Made by a program: the position numbers and the translations under genes. From Pseudodesulfovibrio mercurii (GTDB lineage: Bacteria; Desulfobacterota; Desulfovibrionia; Desulfovibrionales; Desulfovibrionaceae), in assembly GCF_000189295.2 (NCBI RefSeq), contig NC_016803.1, forward strand, positions 3,210,001 to 3,242,000: a DNA stretch of 32,000 nucleotides, read 5' to 3'. Shown here piece after piece: positions 28,509 to 32,000 of this stretch (position 1 is its first letter; every line of letters starts with the position of its first letter). The notes under the pieces are model-generated. The model ran no database searches. It was not told the DNA's origin and saw only the letters and a list, made by a program, of their open reading frames with translations.

Positions 28509-29668
28509 CCCGGCGGATACCCCGGAGGGCCGCCGTGCTCGCGGCGGGCGCGCTGGCGCTGGCCCTGTGCCTGGCGGCCGTCCCGGCCCCGGGCGCGGAC
28601 GACGTCCCCTGGTGGCCCATCCAGGTCAAGAGCTGGTACGGCATCTACGATCCGGGCGGCAAGCAGCCGGGCCGCGCCGCGGTCAGCCTGGACCGCCCCA
28701 GGCTCGAGGAGTGGACCCCGCCCAGGCCCCCTTCGGGCCGGTACACCGTGGGCGTGTGTGTGCCCCACCTCAAGGACCCGTACTGGGTCGCCGTGAACTA
28801 CGGGGTCATCGAAGAGGCCCGGCGGCTGGGCCTGGGCGTGGACATGACCATGGCCGGGGGCTACGGCGGGGGGGACGTCCAGGCGGACCACCTGCGCGGC
28901 CACCTTCGGGACGGGGTGGACGGCGTCATCCTGGCGGCCGTGGACTACGCGGGCAATGACCAGGTCATTGCCGAACTGCGCGAGGCGGGCGTGCCGGTGG
29001 TGGAGATGATCACCGACGTCCTGGCCCCGGCCGTGTCCGCCAAGGCCCTGGTCTCCTACCACGAGGTCGGCGGCCTGGTGGGCGAATACGTGGCCGGGCA
29101 CGCCGAGAGGGCCGGGCTCGACACCGTGCGCATCGTCTTTTTCCCCGGTCCGCGCAACGCGGGCTGGGCCCCGGAGACCCTGGCCGGGTTCATGGAGGCC
29201 ATGGACTCCTATCCGGGCAGCGTGGACCTGGCGGACGTGGCCTGGGGCGACACCGGGCGCGAGGAGCAGGCCGGGCTTTTGCGCCGGGTCCTGGCCGCGC
29301 ACCCGGATGTCGACTACGTGGTCGGCAACGCCGTGGCCGCCGAGGCCGCGCCGGATATCCTCCGGGAGCTGGGGCTGGCCGACAGGGTCTCGGTGGTCTC
29401 GTCCTACATCATGCCCTCCCTGTACCGGCGCATCCGGTCGGGCGAGGTCCTGGCCGCGGCCGCCGACCTGAACGTCTACCAGGGGCGCATGGCCGTGGAC
29501 ATGATGGCCCGCATCTTCAACGGCGAGGTGCCGGGCCGGGATTTCCCCTTCCGCTCCGGGCCGTTCATCCCCATGATCACCGTGGACAACATCGGGGACC
29601 ATCTTTTCAAGGGGCTGTTCGGGCCGCGCGACTACCTGCCGGTCTTCCACCTGGAGCCGGGGGAATAG
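28505..29668 (+). CDS. Periplasmic binding protein, TorT-like (type I PBP)
   Basis: 387 aa with signal peptide MTRRIPRRAAVLAAGALALALCLAAVPAPGA. …VCVPHLKDPYWVAVNYGVIEEARRLG…AGGY… and …VVSSYIMPSLYRRIRSGEVLAAAADLNVYQG… match my recollection of TorT-family blocks. The ATG overlaps the upstream stop (ATGA). Confidence 0.75.
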   Translation: MTRRIPRRAAVLAAGALALALCLAAVPAPGADDVPWWPIQVKSWYGIYDPGGKQPGRAAVSLDRPRLEEWTPPRPPSGRYTVGVCVPHLKDPYWVAVNYGVIEEARRLGLGVDMTMAGGYGGGDVQADHLRGHLRDGVDGVILAAVDYAGNDQVIAELREAGVPVVEMITDVLAPAVSAKALVSYHEVGGLVGEYVAGHAERAGLDTVRIVFFPGPRNAGWAPETLAGFMEAMDSYPGSVDLADVAWGDTGREEQAGLLRRVLAAHPDVDYVVGNAVAAEAAPDILRELGLADRVSVVSSYIMPSLYRRIRSGEVLAAAADLNVYQGRMAVDMMARIFNGEVPGRDFPFRSGPFIPMITVDNIGDHLFKGLFGPRDYLPVFHLEPGE

Positions 29669-29671
29669 ACC

Positions 29672-31621
29672 ATGCTCCGCCCGGCCGACTCGCGCATACG
29701 GACCAAGCTCTACGTGGCCTACGCCGGTGCGTTCCTGGTCATCTTCCTGGTGGCCGGGGGGATCATCCACGCCCAGGTCCGGGACATGCTGCGCCGGAAC
29801 ATCGAAACCGAGCTGGACCGGACCACCGAGGCGCTGCGGACCCTGGTCCGTTCCTCGGTGGACGTGTCCATCCGCAACTACATGCGGGCCGTGGCCGAGA
29901 AGTGCCTGGACGAGGCCCGGAGCCTGCACCGCCAGGTCCGGCGGGGGCGGCTGACCGAGGCCGAGGCCAAGGACCGGGCCAGGCGGGCCTTCCTGAGCAT
30001 GACCATCGGCCGCACCGGCCGGGTCTACTGCCTGGACAGCCAGGGCATCATGGTCGTGCACCACAAGCGCAGTCTGGTGGGCGTGGACATGTCCGGCATG
30101 GCCTTCGTGCGCGAGCAGATCCGGCGCAGGCAGGGATACATGACCTACGAGTGGAAGGAGCCCCTGGAGGCCGAGACGCGGCCCAAGGCCGTGTACATGA
30201 CCTATTTCGAGCCGTGGGACTGGATCATCTCGGCCTCGGCCTACCGCGAGGAGTTCGGCCAGCTGGTCAACATGGAGGACTTCCGCCAGCGCTTCTTCGA
30301 GCTCCGCTCGGGCGAGTCGGGCTATCCCTTCGTCCTCGACTACAGCGGGTACCTGCTCCTGCACCCCTACCTGCTCGGGGTGCACTACAACGACTATGAC
30401 TCGCCGGGGCTGCGGACCACGGCCGAGCGCATCGTGGCCGAGCGCAACGGGCACTTCGACTACATGTGGCGCAACCCGGGTGAGACCGCGCTGAAGAAGA
30501 AGGTGGTCTATTTCAAGGACATCCCGGAACTGGGCTGGGTGGTGGCCTCGTCCAGCTACTACGAGGACTTCCAGAAGCCCCTCGACACCATCGGCTACGT
30601 CATGCTCACGGCCCTGGCCGTGGCCGTGCTGCTCATGATCCCGGTCTCCTTCGGCATCGGCGCCCTGATCACCCGGCCCATCGCGACCCTTCAGGAGAGC
30701 TTTTCCAGGGCCGCCGACGGCGACTTCTCCGTGCGCATGGAGCAGCACTCCCGCGACGAGCTCGGCCTCATGGCGGGCTATTTCAACGCCTTCATGGAGC
30801 GGCTGACCGCCTACAGCAACGACCTGGAAAACGAGATCGCCCACCGCCGGGAGACCGAAAGGGAGCTCATCGCCATGGACCGGACCAAGACCATGTTCTT
30901 GGCCTCGGCCTCCCACGAGCTGCGCACGCCGCTGACCTCCATCATCGGCTTCCTGCACCTCATGGAGAAGAATTTTAGGACCCGCTTCCTGCCCGTGCTC
31001 GGCCCCCTGGACCCGGTGGGCCGCCAGGCGCGCACCTTCGAGAAGAACTTGGCCGTCGTCCGCGTGGAGGCGGACCGGCTGGGCCGACTGGTCAACGACC
31101 TCCTGGACCTGAGCAAGATCGAGGCCGGGCGCATGGAGTGGCGCGAGAACATCCTGTCCGTGGACCTGGTCCTGCAACGGGCGGGCGAGGCCTCGGCCTC
31201 CCTGGCCGAGGACCGGCCCGGCGTGCGGCTGGTGGTCGAGCCCCTGACCGAACCCATGGGCATCCTGGCCGACGCGGACAGGGTCCACCAGGTGCTCATC
31301 AACCTGCTCAGCAACGCCTTCAAGAACACCGAGGCGGGCAGCGTGACCCTGTCCGCGGTGAGGACCGGGGCGGGCGCGACCTTTTCGGTCCGCGACACGG
31401 GCCGGGGCATCTCCGAGGACGAGCGGGAGAAGATCTTCGACCTCTTCTACCAGGGGCGGGACGAGAACAACCGCTCCACCCAGGTCCTGGGCACCGGGCT
31501 CGGGCTGTCCATCTGCCGACGGATAGTGGCCCACTACGGCAGTCGGCTGGAGGTGGATTCCGTGGTCGGGGAGGGGAGCTGTTTCCGCTTCACCATCCCT
31601 TTCGGGGAGCGCGAGCTCTAG
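29672..31621 (+). CDS. Membrane sensor histidine kinase: TM, double Cache-like periplasmic region, TM, HAMP, HisKA, HATPase_c
   Basis: 649 aa. Two TM segments (aa ~13-34 and ~307-333) flank two Cache-like units (…YMTYEWKEP…VYMTYFEPWDWIISASAYREEF…; …FDYMWRNPGE…VVYFKDIPELGWVVASSSYYEDF…). HAMP is present, the H-box is SASHELRTPL, and there is no receiver. Confidence 0.9.
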   Translation: MLRPADSRIRTKLYVAYAGAFLVIFLVAGGIIHAQVRDMLRRNIETELDRTTEALRTLVRSSVDVSIRNYMRAVAEKCLDEARSLHRQVRRGRLTEAEAKDRARRAFLSMTIGRTGRVYCLDSQGIMVVHHKRSLVGVDMSGMAFVREQIRRRQGYMTYEWKEPLEAETRPKAVYMTYFEPWDWIISASAYREEFGQLVNMEDFRQRFFELRSGESGYPFVLDYSGYLLLHPYLLGVHYNDYDSPGLRTTAERIVAERNGHFDYMWRNPGETALKKKVVYFKDIPELGWVVASSSYYEDFQKPLDTIGYVMLTALAVAVLLMIPVSFGIGALITRPIATLQESFSRAADGDFSVRMEQHSRDELGLMAGYFNAFMERLTAYSNDLENEIAHRRETERELIAMDRTKTMFLASASHELRTPLTSIIGFLHLMEKNFRTRFLPVLGPLDPVGRQARTFEKNLAVVRVEADRLGRLVNDLLDLSKIEAGRMEWRENILSVDLVLQRAGEASASLAEDRPGVRLVVEPLTEPMGILADADRVHQVLINLLSNAFKNTEAGSVTLSAVRTGAGATFSVRDTGRGISEDEREKIFDLFYQGRDENNRSTQVLGTGLGLSICRRIVAHYGSRLEVDSVVGEGSCFRFTIPFGEREL

Positions 31622-32000
31622 GCCGGTCCGGGTGCGGGCTCCTCGGCGGCCTCGGGGGTCAGGGCGAAGGGCAGGGCCACGAAGAAGGTGCTGCCCTTGC
31701 CGAGCGCGCTTTCCACCCATATCTTCCCGTGCAGCTTTTCGATCAGGTACTTGGAGATGGTCAAGCCCACGCCGGGTCCCGACAGCCGCTTGGTCATGAC
31801 CTTTTCCCCGATCTCGAAGCTGTGGAAGATGGTCTCCATCCGGTCGGCCGGAATGCCCACGCCCGTGTCCGAGACCTCGAAGCGGATCATGACCCGGTCG
31901 CTGTCCGCCCCGGCGAAGTGCTCGGGGTCGATGCGCACGTGCAGGGTGACCTTGCCCTTTTCGGTGTAGCGGAAGGCGTTGAGCAGGATGTTGTGCAGGG
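31618..32000 (-). CDS. Histidine kinase, C-terminal HATPase_c part (5' end beyond the window)
   Basis: The minus frame reads …LHNILLNAFRYTEKGKVTLHVRIDPEHF…SDTGVGIP…GPGVGLTISKYLIEKLHGKIWVES..GKGSTFF… (N, G1 and G2 boxes). The frame stays open to the window edge. Confidence 0.8.
   Translation of the reverse strand, partial: LHNILLNAFRYTEKGKVTLHVRIDPEHFAGADSDRVMIRFEVSDTGVGIPADRMETIFHSFEIGEKVMTKRLSGPGVGLTISKYLIEKLHGKIWVESALGKGSTFFVALPFALTPEAAEEPAPGPA

Noticed and set aside
28433-31720. 1095-aa minus-strand ORF antisense to the TorT-like and Cache/HAMP kinase genes
   Set aside because: The translation is Gly/Arg/Pro/Ala/His-rich low complexity with no recognisable domain. The plus-strand frames give clean binding-protein and HisKA/HATPase matches. 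It is a typical shadow ORF of GC-rich DNA.

Overview
Visibly GC-rich chromosomal segment. Gene content and protein similarities suggest a Desulfovibrionaceae-type anaerobe, but that is unverified inference. I support 26 protein genes (two run off the window). I see no rRNA, tRNA, CRISPR array, transposase or integrase. Left third, minus strand: a DctB/DctD-type sigma-54 two-component pair, then a near-consensus sigma-54 promoter, then frdCAB, a two-subunit class I fumarase and a malic enzyme. Middle: nadK followed by an in-frame MFS-transporter::ApbE flavin-transferase fusion; a beta-carbonic anhydrase; a DUF2087-like protein; a 940-aa FAD/Fe-S/CCG D-lactate-dehydrogenase-like oxidase bracketed by two hairpin-dense non-coding blocks; then corA, a small DUF1049-like membrane protein and yceI, opposite an MscS-family channel and a 60-aa PLD_N-like membrane protein. 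Right third: an SLC13/TrkA_C permease, a RimB-like protease, rimK and an AstE/AspA-like deacylase; then a signalling cluster of a soluble five-PAS hybrid kinase, a TorT-like periplasmic binding protein and a double-Cache/HAMP kinase, convergent with a fourth kinase. I do not see a clear new defence-type or mobile multi-gene system. The most unusual items are the MFS::ApbE fusion, the split TorT-like/Cache/PAS kinase module, the RimK ligase-protease-deacylase set, a 13-bp perfect inverted repeat whose sequence recurs in front of dctB, and the imperfect inverted motif blocks placed symmetrically around the lactate dehydrogenase gene. Many very long ORFs in the track are antisense shadow frames typical of GC-rich DNA and are rejected.
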